Notes: generated by a model not told the origin, from the letters alone. Positions 13,189 to 27,195 are shown, numbered from the stretch's first letter. The stretch: 64,000 nucleotides of DNA from Octopus vulgaris (GCA_951406725.2 OX597814.1:183024001-183088000); one strand, 5' to 3'. A program made the numbers and translations.

Positions 13189-13600
13189 GAAGGCACAATG
13201 GCCCAGTGGTTAGGGCAGCGGACTCGCAGTCGGAGGATCGCGGTTTCGATTCCCAGACCGGGCGTTGTGTGTGTTTATTGAGCGAAAACACCTAAAGCTC
13301 CACGACACTCCGGCAAGGGGTGGTGGCGACCCCTGTTGTACACCTTTCGCTCCAACTTTCTCTCACTCTTTCTTCCTGTTTCTTGTCCCCAACTTCCTAT
13401 GCAACCGCTGAGCCTGGATGCGCATTCATCCATCCGTCGATGCTTTCGGTGTCAGGGGTTGACCTGCTTTCTCTTCTGCGCGGGTCTTACGAATAGCAAA
13501 GGACCACGTTTCGGACTTCTCCCACTACAGACAATCCTGAGGCGCGATCTTGCGAGCTCTGGGACGAAGATCGCTTCGCTCAACAAACAAACAAACAAAC
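13189..13600 (+). mobile_element. SINE family C, tail type 2 ending in (AAAC)n
   Basis: Head GAAGGCACAATGGCCCAGTGGTTAGGGCAGCGGACTCG; diverges from other C copies after CTTTCTCTCACTCTT; 3' hairpin CGATCTT..AAGATCG. Confidence 0.85.
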
Positions 13601-14158
13601 AGCAACAACAATGCAAGCATTAATGACACAACACAACTGCAAATAAAACCACAATTAACATGACATCAATGACGACGACGATGATGATGATGATGATGCC
13701 GGTGCTGCTGTTGATCTTCATTGTATTCACGAGCACAATCAACATATTTATCATGATGATGATGATGATGGTGATGGTGATGACGATGATTATCATTTAA
13801 CTGTTGTCTCCGTGTTTGCATAAGATGGAATTTCTCGCTTGGGAAACCTCTGCAAAGTATTGTAACCAGAAGGTGAAACTGGAATCCAATACACTAGGAA
13901 GCGAAGGACCTTATATTGTAATACGAACGTGTTTTCTAACAAGTGTCCTTGTGTGTGTATGTGTATGCGTATGTGTGCGTGTGTGAGTGTATGTGTGTGT
14001 GTATGTGAGTGTGTGTATTCGTGTACGTATGTTTGTATGTGTGTGTAGTTAAGTGCATACCTCAGTGTGTAGATGGTGTTTTGTGTGCATGTTTTAAAAA
14101 ATTTGTTTGTATTTTACTGTATTAATTCTGCTGGCATTAAATAAAGTTTGATAAACAT

Positions 14159-14206
<48 letters not shown>

Positions 14207-14719
14207 AGAGAGAAAGAGGGAGAGAGAGAGAAAGAGGGAGATTGAGAAAGAGGGAGAGTAAGAAAGAGGGAGAGAGAGAGAAAAGGTTATAAAAAGATAA
14301 AGAAGAAAGTGAGATGGCGAAAGATGGAGTGAATTAATGTTGTATTTGATATATAGTCAATATCATTAAAATCTTTATTAAATTTTGTTTGACCAAGCCG
14401 CCGCTCGAAGAAAATACAGCAATCGCTAGAAAAAAATAATATGCAAAATGAAAAAAAAAACAAAAACAAAACTAATTTGATATCAACAATATATCCATAG
14501 TGTAATCATTTCCCCTTATTCTACCTTTTTTTTTCGTTAGTGAACCCCTTGTCAATATTGCTGAGCCGAATGAATTATGACACTAAGGGATCACTATAAC
14601 TGCTTACAGCACTGTTAATGAAGTATTCTGAACAAAGCATGGCCGAACGGTTGAGAAATTCACTTCAAACTCAAGCTACTTGGGATTCGTGCCCGCTGCC
14701 TGGTATACCGGGTAAAGGT

Positions 14720-15640
14720 TTCCACTCTGCCGCATCTGTAATAGAGTGGACGAAACCATTGCCTATATTGCGAACGAATGCCTAGACTTGTCCCAAACCT
14801 CTACAAGTTGTGGTGACACGATGAGGTAGCGAAAGTGCCACATTGAAAACAGTGCGAAAAGTGGGGCTAGAGAGAGGCAAGACGTGGTATGAGCACAAAC
14901 GGCGAGCTGGCAGAAACGTTAGCACGCCGGGCGAAATGCTTAGCGGTATTTCGTCTGCGTTACGTTGTGAGTTCAAATTCCGCCGAGGTCGACTTTGCCT
15001 TTCATCCTTTCGGGGTCGATAAATTAAGTACCAGTTACGCACTGGGGTCGATTTAATCGACTTAATACCTATGTCTGTCCTTGTTTGTCCCCTCTGTGTT
15101 TAGCCCCTTGTGGGTAATAAAGAAATAGATATGAGCACAAACCACAGAGAGTGGCGGTGTCGAAGACTTGCAGAATCCTCTGGGACTTCCCAATCCAAAC
15201 AGATCAGGTGTGATAGCATAACAGACCTGACCTAGTGGTAGTGGACAAGATGCATCACATGTACTACATAGTTGATGTTACGTGTTCCTTTGACCCATGA
15301 ATACTCAAAACGTAAGGCGAATGGATAGATGTATACAATCTTGTTAAGTACGAAGTAGCCAGGCTATGGAAAATGATGAAAGTGAAGATAGTACCAATTA
15401 TTGTTGGTTCCTTGGGGACAGTATCAGAAGGTATAAAGAGGAATATAAAGACAATCGGAATAGAGTGCCCAGTAGAACTATCACAAGAGTTTTGCCTCCT
15501 TGGCACAGCCAGAATAATCAGAAGAGTATTAGACAGCTAAAAAGAAAAGATAGCATGGTGCCGCAGGCTGCAGACAGTAAGCCCGCTACGCATGAAAGAC
15601 TTCAGAAGTTACAACAAAACCGGAAATAAAAAGAATAAGT
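14720..15640 (+). pseudogene. R4/Dong-like non-LTR retrotransposon 3' fragment interrupted by a SINE, (TAA)n tail
   Basis: PLCRICNRVDETIAYIANEC (CCHC knuckle remnant)...ILWDFPIQTD...HNRPDLVVVDK...VPIIVGSLGTVS...CLLGTARIIRRVLDS*. Confidence 0.85.
14901..15129 (+). mobile_element. full-length SINE family B with 13-bp TSD
   Basis: GGCGAGCTGGCAGAAACGTTAGCACGCCGGGCG...AAAGAAATAG flanked by TATGAGCACAAAC at 14888-14900 and 15130-15142. Confidence 0.92.
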
Positions 15641-15677
15641 AATAATAATAATAATAATAATAATAATTATAATAATT

Positions 15678-15708
<31 letters not shown>

Positions 15709-15715
15709 TAATAAT

Positions 15716-16316
15716 AAACGGTATGGCACATCGTTAGTGAATGCCCGAAATTGGCACAGCGAGAAAATACAAAAGGAGCCATGACAATGTGGAAGAATGA
15801 TCCGTTGGGAGCTCTGAGGAAATCACGGCCTACAAAGAGCAAAGATGTGGTATGGGCAAATCCCAGGAGTCACCGAGAATGAGAATTGCAAAATCCTGTG
15901 GGATGCATTGATCCAGAGCGATTACCTGACCAGACATCGGAAACCGGACATCGTTATGGTGAATTAAAAAGAAAGGACATGCATGATAATCGACATAGCA
16001 TGCCCCGGTGAAAACAGGATCAATGTGAAAGAAGAAAAAAATAAGCAGCTATGACGTTTTGAAGTGGGAAATACGAAGGTTGTAGTCAATGAGAGTAGAC
16101 GTAATACCAATAGTAATTGGTGCATTTGGGGAGTATCAGCACTCAACTGCCAACATGGCTGAAAAAGATTGGTGCAAGTGTGAAGGTAGAACACCTACTT
16201 GGAACTGCAAGAATTATTTGCAGGATCTTTGAAGCATGACCTTAGTCTGCTGGCTGTGGACAGCTGACACTTTTCCATCATACCCAGCAAAATAAGCTGT
16301 GAGTTTTCATAGCCAA

Positions 16317-16350
<34 letters not shown>
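15716..16350 (+). pseudogene. second R4/Dong-like LINE 3' fragment between (TAA)n tracts
   Basis: HIVSECPKLAQR...HDNV...ENENCKILWDALIQ...RHRKPDIVMV...CMIIDIACPGENRI...VIPIVIGAFG...LLGTARII; (AAT)n on both sides. Confidence 0.85.
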
Positions 16351-16352
<2 letters not shown>

Positions 16353-16799
16353 GTAGTCGCAGAGAATGGTCTATACGACTGTTAAAGGCTTCATTTAGCT
16401 ACGAATTATGAATAGTGCTAGAGTGGTTGCTCAATACTACGTCCAACGCATATTTCGTCTGTCTCGTTGACTCAAGAACGAGTTGGGACACGGAAAAAAA
16501 ATTCAAAAATTTTAAAAGTCCTCCCTGCTTCTTTGCCCGAAGTCCAGATGCAAAATCTTGGTTTCAGTGTATTCAAAGATCAAATTACAAAGGCTTTTCA
16601 TTGATAGAGTCTTCAAAGGACCAGGAGGTTTCGTTACAGACCTATCAAAAATCTTTATTCTCATGGGAGTTGGTCCGTATTCAGAATCACATTTTGATAG
16701 GCAACATTTCCATTGCCTTCATTGTTGATTACTGTTTATGAAATTGTATTTGCCCCACCGTGATGTGTAAATATCTGTGCTTGTTTAAGTGTTGCCAGT

Positions 16800-17112
16800 G
16801 AAGGCGCGTGGCTTAGTGGTTAGGGGTATTTGGCTCATGATCTTAAGGTCGTGTGCTCAATTCCCGGCGATGCGTTATGACCTTGAGCAAGATATTTTAT
16901 TTCACGTTGTTCTAGTTCCCTCAACTGGTAAAAATGAGTAGTACATGTATTTCAAAGGACCTGCCTTGTCACATTCTGTGTCACCCCGAATCTTCCTGAG
17001 AACTACACGTGTTTGTGGAGTGCTCAACCATTTGCACGTTAATTTCACGAGCAGTCTGTTACGTTGCTCGGATTAACTGGAACCCTCGTCGTCGTAACCG
17101 ACGAAATGCCAG
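16800..17112 (+). mobile_element. tRNA-derived SINE family D (CORE-like centre, tail type 3)
   Basis: GAAGGCGCGTGGCTTAGTGGTTAGGG..GACCTTGAGCAAGA..GCACGTTAATTTCACGAGCAG..GAACCCTCGTCGTCGTAACCGACG; copy at 53048-53318 (-). Confidence 0.8.
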
Positions 17113-18104
17113 TGTTTAGGTGTTGCCATTTTTTCTTTGGTTTGTGAAATTTAGTCTTTAAATTCTTGCTTTTTGTTTACAAAATCTTCATAAACCTGTA
17201 ATTTGATGTGTATAAGCCAGACGAAGAGATATGCTGTTACACAAGTAAATGTATATTCACAAAATGTATAAAAATTCCAAACAACAACTGTTTTTTTTTT
17301 CTCGAACAATGTAAAAAGGGCGGACACTTAAATTTTCCAAAATTTAATAATCTCAACCCTAAAAAAAAAAAAAAAAAATGAATAAAGAAAAAACGATATA
17401 TATTTTTCACTGAGTACAAATTCGGTAATCCGAGTCTTTCGCAGAGCGGGGCTTGAACAAGTGTTCTTCCGAATATACTAAACAATAATGCTTTCTTAAT
17501 TTAACCCCTGAGGGCAATTACAATCGATTTCATTCATACACATGAAACGTTAAAAGCTAGGGTATGTTACATAAAGGTCAGGAGATGAACAAGGCAAAAT
17601 AAAAACAGAGAGGGTGGATCAGGGATGTTACAAAAAAAAAAAGAAAAACGTTCATGTACAAAGAAAGATATAAAATTAATAAAATATAAAACTGTGAAAG
17701 AAGAATCATGTACATACATGTACATGCCTACATATATATGTATATATACATGCATATATGGGTATAGGACGTCCCCCCAAAAAACGTGAACAAAATGAGA
17801 AACGAGAACATAAAAACAAAAGCATGGAAAACGAACTTTTTTCGAACAACGAAAGTAACAAATAGAGAAACGAGACAGGCAACATAAAGAACATTCCTTT
17901 CATCAGTTGTCCCCTGTTTTATCTTGTGTCAAGATGTATCGGCATTTGCCTTTCCCTTGGATAACACTAATAGTGAGGAGAGGGGAGGCTGGTATGCATG
18001 GGCGACTGCTGGCATTCAACAAAAGTAACCTTGCTCGGACTTGTGCCTTGGAGGGTAACTTTCTAGGTGCAATCTCATGGTCCTTCACGACCGAAGGGGG
18101 CCTC

Positions 18105-18154
<50 letters not shown>

Positions 18155-18299
18155 GTATTATATAATACACACACACATATAGCATATATATATATATTAT
18201 ATATATATATGTAGAAGTTTGAAAAGGAACACAGGAGTTGATATATATATGGAAAAAGCCAAGGTAGTAAATACTAAAATACTTTTATAAAAAACATTT

Positions 18300-18335
18300 C
18301 AGCATCGGTTTCGGTCGTTGAGACTTTTTCAACTA
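18300..18335 (-). ncRNA. decayed U3:A8-variant hammerhead (same family as 46147)
   Basis: Minus strand TAG-TTGAAAA-AGTC(TCAAC)GACC-GAAA-CCGATG-CTG; downstream flank homologous to 46185-46238. Confidence 0.55.
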
Positions 18336-18339
18336 TAAG

Positions 18340-18401
<62 letters not shown>

Positions 18402-18419
18402 AAGAACAATGCATACATA

Positions 18420-18692
18420 TTCTGTTTCCTCTGGGGAGTCATTCTCTTTTAGTGCTTTATAATTTAACACACTCACCGATAAAATTTCCACTTCTTTCTT
18501 TTTTTATTTTTCTAAAATTTTCGTTGCGTCTTACAACCATTTCAATAGTTTTGACTCTCAACACTATTGAAAAAGTTGCAAGACACAACAAAAATGTTAG
18601 AAAAATAAAAAAGAAATAAGTGGAAATTTTACCGGTGAGTGTGTTAAGTTATAAAGCACTAAAAGAGAATGACTCTCCCCAGACACAACAGA
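18420..18692. repeat. head-to-head palindrome (~135-bp arms), each arm with a decayed U3:A8-type hammerhead (18512-18548 minus, 18564-18600 plus)
   Basis: Arms are imperfect reverse complements centred near 18557; same family at 29905-30050. Confidence 0.85.
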
Positions 18693-18801
18693 ATATACTT
18701 CAACACAGGAACTTACAAAAAGAATCTTGTAAACCAAATCCGAAAACGAAATACATACATACATATATATACATACATACATACATACATACATACATAC
18801 A

Positions 18802-18869
<68 letters not shown>

Positions 18870-19963
18870 CATGTGTGTGAATATATCTATGAACATATGT
18901 ATTATTATATATATATAGTATATATAGTGTGAGAGAGAGAGAGGAAAATAGCGATTGAAGTTGAGAGGGACGTTACTCTTCTATTTAAACTGTTGTAAAA
19001 TTTATCATTAATTTGTACTGTATGTCTCGCAAAAAATAAATAAAAAATATAAAACATTTTTTATTAAAATTCTTTGTGCTCCACCCACATCGATATAAAA
19101 TATGAAATAAAATCGTAAATATAAAGGCATTAACAATCTTATATCTTCATCCCCTCCCTAATTTCGCTTTTGTCTGTCTCACTTCTTTCCCCGCCAACTC
19201 TAGCGTCAGATAGGAATGAATGAAAAAAATACATCATGCAATCAAATCAAAAAACTCTAAGCGAAAACATTGAAAAAGGAACATAAATAATAATAAAAAA
19301 AAACAACTGAAAGCCTCTCCCCCACCGTAAAGCTCCCAACATCTCATTGTTCTCTTCACCACAGAAAAAATAGGCAAATGAAAATATAAAAAATGTAACA
19401 TAAGGTATATAGAGTTTAATGGAAAATAAATTATAGAAACTAAAAAATAACAAATCAAAAAATGATTTACTTTAGTAATCGTACGGCTGGAGTATTGATA
19501 ATTTGAATAAATTGAATTAAGAAACGGGTTTGCCAACGACTCATATTGCTTTTGTGGATTTATACAGAAAGGTACTTAAGAATTCATCATTTTATCAACA
19601 TTTGCTCAATACGTTTGACAGCGGTGAATCAGAAGCGGATGTGGTTATCCACTTCCTGTAGAAATAAATGCTATTTTCTAATGTTTTAGCAAGTTAGTTT
19701 ATTGAATATAGGAAACAATTAAGATGCATTAATGAAATACTGTTTGTACTTTTAAAAATACCATTATCGATTTATTGTTTTTGTTCTTTGTTCGTCTTCC
19801 CATCACATCATTGCGATGACTTTTATTGTGAATAAGCAATAATTGCATTTAGGAGAAAACCAAATACATATTTATACACACACCCTCACACGTACATAAT
19901 ACACACACACACACACACATATAAATGCATGTAAGTATATATGCATATATGTATGTGTGTATG

Positions 19964-20041
<78 letters not shown>

Positions 20042-20118
20042 CACATACATATATACTGGAGCAAACACATATATGCGAAACCAGGCGGGAAAAATAGTAC
20101 TCGAATATCAGCGGTAGA

Positions 20119-20167
<49 letters not shown>

Positions 20168-20342
20168 CATATACATATGAATACATGAATGTATATATAT
20201 ATATAGCACTTTGGGTGTATCATATTCATAAATACATGCATACATACATATATACATGTATGTATATATATACACGACTCTGCCCAAATACAATGGTATA
20301 TGTATATATATATATATATATATGACTTTGACGCGATACAAT

Positions 20343-20404
<62 letters not shown>

Positions 20405-20734
20405 TATGCACATAGAAATTCATCAACAAATATATACAACAACAAATCTATGAAATATGTACACAGAAAATTAAGCATAATATAGTTTTACCTCTGTATG
20501 TAGCTTCCTGTAATATAACGAACCAATTTTATTTCAGATCAATATATAGGAATATTTCAATAAATTGGTAATTTTGCGCTTAGTTTAGTTCCCTTTTATT
20601 AAAAGACTAAACAGTAAACGAAACCGACATCCTCATATTTGATTGCTTAAAAACCACGTATTTGAACTTCCTTTTTTTTTTCTTCTTTGTAAACATCTAA
20701 TTTGTCTAAATTTTGCTTTGAAAATATTTCTACT

Positions 20735-21450
20735 ATTTACTTGTTTCAGCCATTGGGCCGCAGCTATGCTGGGGGTACCGCTTTGAAAGGTTTAGTCGAA
20801 CAAATCAACTCCAGTACTTACGTTTGTTTGCTTCTTTTAAAAATCTGGTGCTTATTCCATCGGTCTCTCATTGACCACCGAACCGCTATGTTACGGGGGC
20901 GTTAACTGACCGACACCAGTTGTCAAGCGGTGGCGGGTACAAACACAAAGACACACGCATACACAAACATACACGTATATGTGTATATATTTCTCTTTTA
21001 CTCTTTTACTTGATTCAGTCATTTGACTGTGGCCATGCTGGAGTACCGCCTTTAGTCGAGCAAATCGACCCCAAAACTTATTCTTTGTAAGCCTAGTACT
21101 TATTCTATCGGTATCTTTTGCCGCACCGCTAAGTTACGGGGACGTAAAGGCACCAGCATCGGTTGTCAAGCGATGTTGGGGGGACAAGCACATATACACA
21201 AACATACACACACATATATGTATATATATACATATATGTGTGTATATATGCTGCGGCATGGATTTGGTAGACGGAAACTGAAAGAAGCCCGTCGTGTACA
21301 CAGACACGCACACACATATGCATGTGCATGTCGTGTCCGTGTTTTAGCCCACCATCGTTTAACAACCGGTGTCAGTGTGTTTACGCCCCCGTAACTTAGC
21401 TCTTCGACAAAGACACCGACAGAATAGTCGATTCGTTCGACTAAAATTCT
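20735..21450. mobile_element. cluster of three SINE family A fragments (20735-20960 minus, 20992-21200 minus, 21258-21450 plus)
   Basis: Family A body motifs in both orientations. Confidence 0.8.
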
Positions 21451-22555
21451 TCAAGTCTGTGCCCCAGCATGACCACAATCTAATGACTGGAACAAATAAA
21501 AGATAAAAGAATGACGCACTGTGGTCGCTTGAACATTCTATATTAAAAAGATTAAAATAAAATCAAAGTTAAAAAAACAGAATGTTTGGATCAACGATTT
21601 GTTTAGATTATAATGCAGAAAGCCCCTTCATAAAATGTCTAAAGAGTTTCTATACACCAAATTTATTTATTTATGCAATACATAACATCTTTCATAATTA
21701 TCCACATTCAGTTGTTGTCCGTCCCTCAACATTAGACAACCTGTTGTTAGGTTTATTTATAGACAACAAAATGGCTGGTGTGCTAACAAGGGAATGTGTA
21801 CATGGTCGCTCGGCTTTCTAGAAATGGCAAACGAATTTCCCTCAAATGAGAACCTATATTCTCTTATAGAATTAAGAGCACATAGTTTCATGCTTTCTTG
21901 GACCTATTTCTGAATGCAAAAAAGAAAAAGAAAAATCCATCCGGAGGGTCTGCTCAAACTGAGAAGACATGTGCTAAACAACTTTAAAAACAAGAAGAGT
22001 AACAACACTAGCAGCAATAACCATTAGTAGTAGAAGATGAAGAACAACAACAATTACACTAACTACAACAACAAAAGCAACAACAGTAATGACTAATAAT
22101 AATGCACAATATTTGCAACCAATTGTTAACGGCAGTATGTAAACTACAGTATCTTTCTTTTTTAGTTATTTAAGAGTATGTACGACCCTGCTTGCTTAAA
22201 GAAAGTCTGACCCCCTTACGAACATAATATTTATTATCCGGTAGTTAAAACAGCGTAGTGGACAAAAAATTCTACTCTAAAATACAGAATATTCTCGTAA
22301 ATTATTTTCGAAGCGAATGGATTACAATAAAATAATATGGTGGAACATAAATGTAATGTTACTGATAATGATTCCAGTCTGAATCAATATGTTCATTCAG
22401 TTACGGATTGCATTCTCCCTTGGATAATGAACAAATATTTTTTTAATAGCTAGACTAAATACGAATTTATGTGTTAAATTTATTAACCAAAACTGTGTAT
22501 AATGTTTTCCACAATGTTCATCGATTGATTGCTATTTAATTTTAACGAATAAAAT

Positions 22556-22991
22556 GGATCTTTTCGGTTTGAACGTCAGTTTTTTCTAGCGGTGTCATAT
22601 GAAATTGTCACCCATAATTATGACCCTAGTATCGATCTATTGCATTTCAATCTGTTTTACGGTTAGGGTTAGTAAGGGTTAGGGTTAAGGGTAGAGGGAA
22701 GGGTATCTTTTTTTCTTCACAAATGTAAATAAACCCAATCTGTTTCTTAAACGAGGGACATATTCATACGGCACAGAATGTTTTTTTTTACCTCAATAGA
22801 CGTCGGTGATTTCTTGAAATTGCAGAAATTGAAGAATAGAAACAACAAATATCTTACAAACTATAGAATTTTCTCAATAAAGCAAAGAGAAAAACATGTT
22901 TTATAAGCACATTCTACCAGTATACGAAGTTTAAAATTTTTTAGTTACCTAGAAATTATGTTAGAAACTGCCGTTCAAACCGAAAAGATCC
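22556..22991. mobile_element. MITE with ~30-bp TIRs, 8-bp TSD and internal TTAGGG-like repeats
   Basis: GGATCTTTTCGGTTTGAACG / CGTTCAAACCGAAAAGATCC; AATAAAAT duplicated at 22548-22555 and 22992-22999. Confidence 0.9.
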
Positions 22992-24661
22992 AATAAAATT
23001 AATTGAAGTTTCATTGATTGTGATAACTATACAGTGCCTGAATGGATATCTAATGTTTAAGGTATATCAAAAATGCTTAGTTTCATTGTTGACAGATCGC
23101 TTTTTTTAAAAACTTATTGAAGTTGCTATAACATAAAACTATAGATGAACAAATTAAACAAACTGTATTATACTCTCACTAACCCTTCATATGTATACCC
23201 TCCCTAACATTATATATGTACTCGTATCTGAGTTGATTTAATTTAAAAATGAGTATGATATCGTATCTGATATATATGCTAGAAGGGACGGCATAGAGCA
23301 ATAAGCAACTGGCTATATACTTCTTGTCGTAAAAGGGTTTTAGTTATATTAAAGTTTCCTTTAATAGAGACGCTTTAACTTTAAATTAATCGATAAAAAT
23401 ACAATCTGGTCTTCTTTACTTTCAAATTGTAAAAATAAACCACACAATGGTTAATATATTCATGTAGGTTTGGTAATTGTTGGAATGTTGAATTTAGTTT
23501 CTACCTCTTTTAATGTTAGAGGAGGAAGTACAGTGCACAAACTATTTCCAGGGAAAATGGTTAGGGGAGGAAATTTTAAACACTGCAGCTAGGGTATTGT
23601 ATTCTTTCTCCAATTGATAGTAAAATGTAAATTAACTTATAATCATTGCCTACGGTATTTAATACAGGGCCTTTATCATAATTACCCAACTTAAGGTCGT
23701 AGGTTTATTTGAAGTATTTCACTTTGCACATTTTATTTTTGATTATGAAAATTATACTAGCCAAAAATAGTTCAGAACTCTTTTTCTGTTTGTAAAATTC
23801 TCTTGATTTGTTACACCCTGCTGATGAAGGACACATATCCACAGTGTTCTTTAGATGCACAAAAGGATCTGCTTTTCTTTTAAAATGTAGAGGTACTTTG
23901 AAAGATTAATTCCTAATTTATCTAATTATCACCCTTTTCTTTGTGAATCGCTAACAATAGATGTTAAATTTTCGTTTTCTTTTGGCGACTGAGAGGCAAA
24001 TTTCAATTAATTAAAACTGTTTTTGCATGTCATTCAGTACAAAACCACCAGCTAGAATTAATTCTATAGTAGGTAATTTTGAAGAAAAGTATTTCAGAAG
24101 ATGTATTCACGACACATTCAAACACAGTAAAGAAAAGCTTAAATTTATTGACAATTTCTAAATATATTTTTATTCTCTAAGCACTAGATTTTACACCTAT
24201 CCAGCTGAATTGGCGTGCTTCGCGAGAATTCTTGACAGAATTTTGCGTTCAAAATTTCACATTAGTTTTTCAATAACGTAAAAAACTATACCTGCAAATG
24301 TTCTAGAAAAATTCTTGTGAATGCTTTCACATTTTTATAATTCTTTGTAAACTCCATATTAGCTTTTGTTCAATTTTATATGTATATATTTTTCCTACAT
24401 TGGTAAGCGCCGCAAAATTATTTTTTTTGTGACCCACATAGATCCATTTGTATGTAAGAAAGCTGTTAACTATATGATCAATGTTCTAAAGGTATGGAAT
24501 GTAACACCGAAAGTAGAAAATCATATTTTAAATACAGCTTTGAATAAATATGTGAGTGTTCTGTATACATACATACACACACATACATACACACATACAT
24601 ACTTACATACTTACATTCATAAATACATACATACACACAATACTTACATACATATATATGT

Positions 24662-24737
<76 letters not shown>

Positions 24738-24904
24738 TTACCTCTCCCTATATATATATACACATACATACATACATACATACATACATACATACATACA
24801 TACATACATACATACATACATACATACACACACATATATATGGCTGAAATTTACAGAAAAACAAAAAAGACGAATCAGTTTGATGCTCGGGAAAGTGAGA
24901 AAGT

Positions 24905-24940
24905 CTTTTACGTTTCGAGCCTACGCTCTTCAACAGAAAG
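24905..24940 (-). ncRNA. minimal hammerhead-like motif, CUGUUGA core variant
   Basis: Minus strand CTTT-CTGTTGA-A-GAGC(GTAG)GCTC-GAAA-CG-TA-AAAG; related decayed copy on plus at 25379-25415. Confidence 0.6.
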
Positions 24941-25535
24941 GAATAAGAGAAAATAAATAGAGAATTAAAAAATAAACTTGTAAGTTTAGCGATCAAGCAT
25001 GGCGACTGGTTGTGAAAAAAGGGGTTTGACAGGTGAGGTAGAAACAACAGGAGATAATAAAGTACTGGTGATCCCAAAACGAAGCTGCGCGTGCGTTCGT
25101 GTATGTAAGAATGTGTAAGTGTGTGTGTGTGGATAGGAGCCAATGACTTTGACGTGAGGATGTGTGCGTGCGTGTGTACATCTTAAATGTGTGGGTGTGT
25201 GGATGATGGTGTGCTAGTGTGTGTGGAATGGTGGCGCGTGGTATGTGTTAGTGTGTGGTGTGGGGTGTTGAGGTGGATGTATGGGGGTAGTGATCGGATA
25301 TGTGAGAGTGGTGTGTGTGGGTGTGGGTGTGGGTGGAGAGGTGTTTATATATATATATACATATACATATGTTTCTAATTTCTTGTAGAAGAGCGTGCAC
25401 TCGAAACGTTAAAAGGTTGTTCCAGTTTTCCTGAGCGTCTAACTAATACACCTTGTTTATTGTTCCCTCACTTGTTTCTGTTTTTCATTTTTGCCTTTTG
25501 TATGATTTTGAACAACACACATACGCATACACACA

Positions 25536-25614
<79 letters not shown>

Positions 25615-25633
25615 GTATGTATGTATATATGTA

Positions 25634-26148
25634 CAGGGTATGTCAGACTTTTGAGGTCATTTGTAGAAATTTGGAAAAAGACGTACAACTTATCAAAAAA
25701 AAAATCTGTATTTGAAAACAAATTGGTACAATTAATCTTGATAATCCTTTTATCACATCTATTAAATGAATCTACCGTTAGCACTAATAGCTGCTTCAAT
25801 ATGGAGTCAGAAGCGTTGTCATGCCCGAATCAGATGATATTTATCAAATTTGAACATCGTGATGGTTATGGCTGATTTAAGAGATTGTATGGTGTTATGG
25901 GAATGTTGACAAGCCTCTCACTCATGTATGCCCCATAGGTAATATTCTAGTGGATTGAATTCTGGTGAGCTAGGAAGCCTTGTGTTTGGGAGAACATGAC
26001 CAAGGAGATTGGCACGCGTCAATGTTTGGGTTGTCTTAGCCTTATGAGACGGCGCAAAGTCTGGTTGGAAGACGAACGACCTTCTGTTGAGTTCTCTGTC
26101 TACAACTCTCTCCAAAAATTTTGTGTAGACAACGGCATTTACTCTAAA
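25634..26148 (-). mobile_element. maT/DD37D-like Tc1-mariner 3' fragment
   Basis: TIR TACAGGGTATGTCAGACTTTTGAGG; SFVFQPDFAPSHKAKTTQ...LPSSPEFNPLEYYLWG. Confidence 0.8.
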
Positions 26149-26192
26149 AACATACATACATAGATGCATGCATACATAAATTCATACAAACG

Positions 26193-26232
<40 letters not shown>

Positions 26233-26324
26233 CACACACACATATATATTCATACACATATATAATTTTTCCAGAATGAGATAAAAAACCAAAGCTGTGA
26301 AGACTTTAGAACATTTATAAATAG

Positions 26325-26372
26325 GTCTTACAGCTGTTTACAGGATATTTAATATATCCCTTCATCGGAGAC
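26325..26372 (-). ncRNA. hammerhead motif (CCGAUGA core) in a ~160-bp element at 26262-26420
   Basis: Minus strand GTCT-CCGATGA-A-GGGATAT(ATTAA)ATATCCT-G-TAAA-C-AGCT-G-TA-AGAC; GAAA mutated; second copy at 29460-29625. Confidence 0.65.
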
Positions 26373-26543
26373 GGTGTGAGAAAATGGTTAAATAATAGTT
26401 AACTTAGATAAGATACGAAATAGAGAATGAAGTGGAGGAATGAAAATAGATGTGAGATATGCAGGGATATCCATAGCACTTACTCAGCATTACCTGATAC
26501 CATTGGGTCTTATTGACATCATTACCTCTCATAATCTCTACAT

Positions 26544-26601
<58 letters not shown>

Positions 26602-26800
26602 TTACATACGTACACATGCACATATATATATGATCATTATTGTAAACTCTACAGACACTGAGACTCAATACTACGAGTTCTTTATTCATAATGGCCTAAT
26701 CGTGTTCCAATGAACAGATACGCCCAGGATCTCTCTCTCTCCACCTATCTGTCTCTCAATCCATTTATCTATCTATCTGTCTCTCAATCCATTTATTTAT

Positions 26801-26881
<81 letters not shown>

Positions 26882-27195
26882 AATCTTTCACTCTACCTTA
26901 ACACACACACACAGACACGCACATACACATATATGCGTGACTGTATGTATGTATGTCTGTATGTGTGTGTATGTGTATAATTATAGCTGGTATTTCCTTT
27001 AGAGCAGAAGGGAAACACAACGTAAGGTGATCAATACTTCAAGGAGAAGATATATTAATTTGTCTAATGATAAGTGACTATTATAAGATTAGCTCTGTTG
27101 CATTTATGGAGAAATTGAGACAATTTCTTCCTGTTCTGTTAGGTGTGTGAGCATATATAACTATACATGCTCACATATGTGGTTAATCCTTAAAC

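Noticed and set aside
13189-13262. tRNA gene-like sequences (also 2738, 16800, 39223, 41663)
   Set aside because: They run directly into SINE bodies and lack complete acceptor stems; these are SINE heads.
13452-13502. Possible HDV-like ribozyme in SINE tail 2 (GACC/GGTC, TGCT/AGCA, CGAA)
   Set aside because: Could not build P3, P1.1 or a 7-bp P1 with correct spacing by eye; needs a descriptor search on the consensus.
17835-17915. Minus-strand CTGATGA...GAAA in a short repeat
   Set aside because: No clear stem I partner or UH site; not counted as a ribozyme.
23400-23894. Possible Penelope GIY-YIG remnant with an HHR core at 23821
   Set aside because: GAAA is lost and the translation is too decayed to support a protein call.
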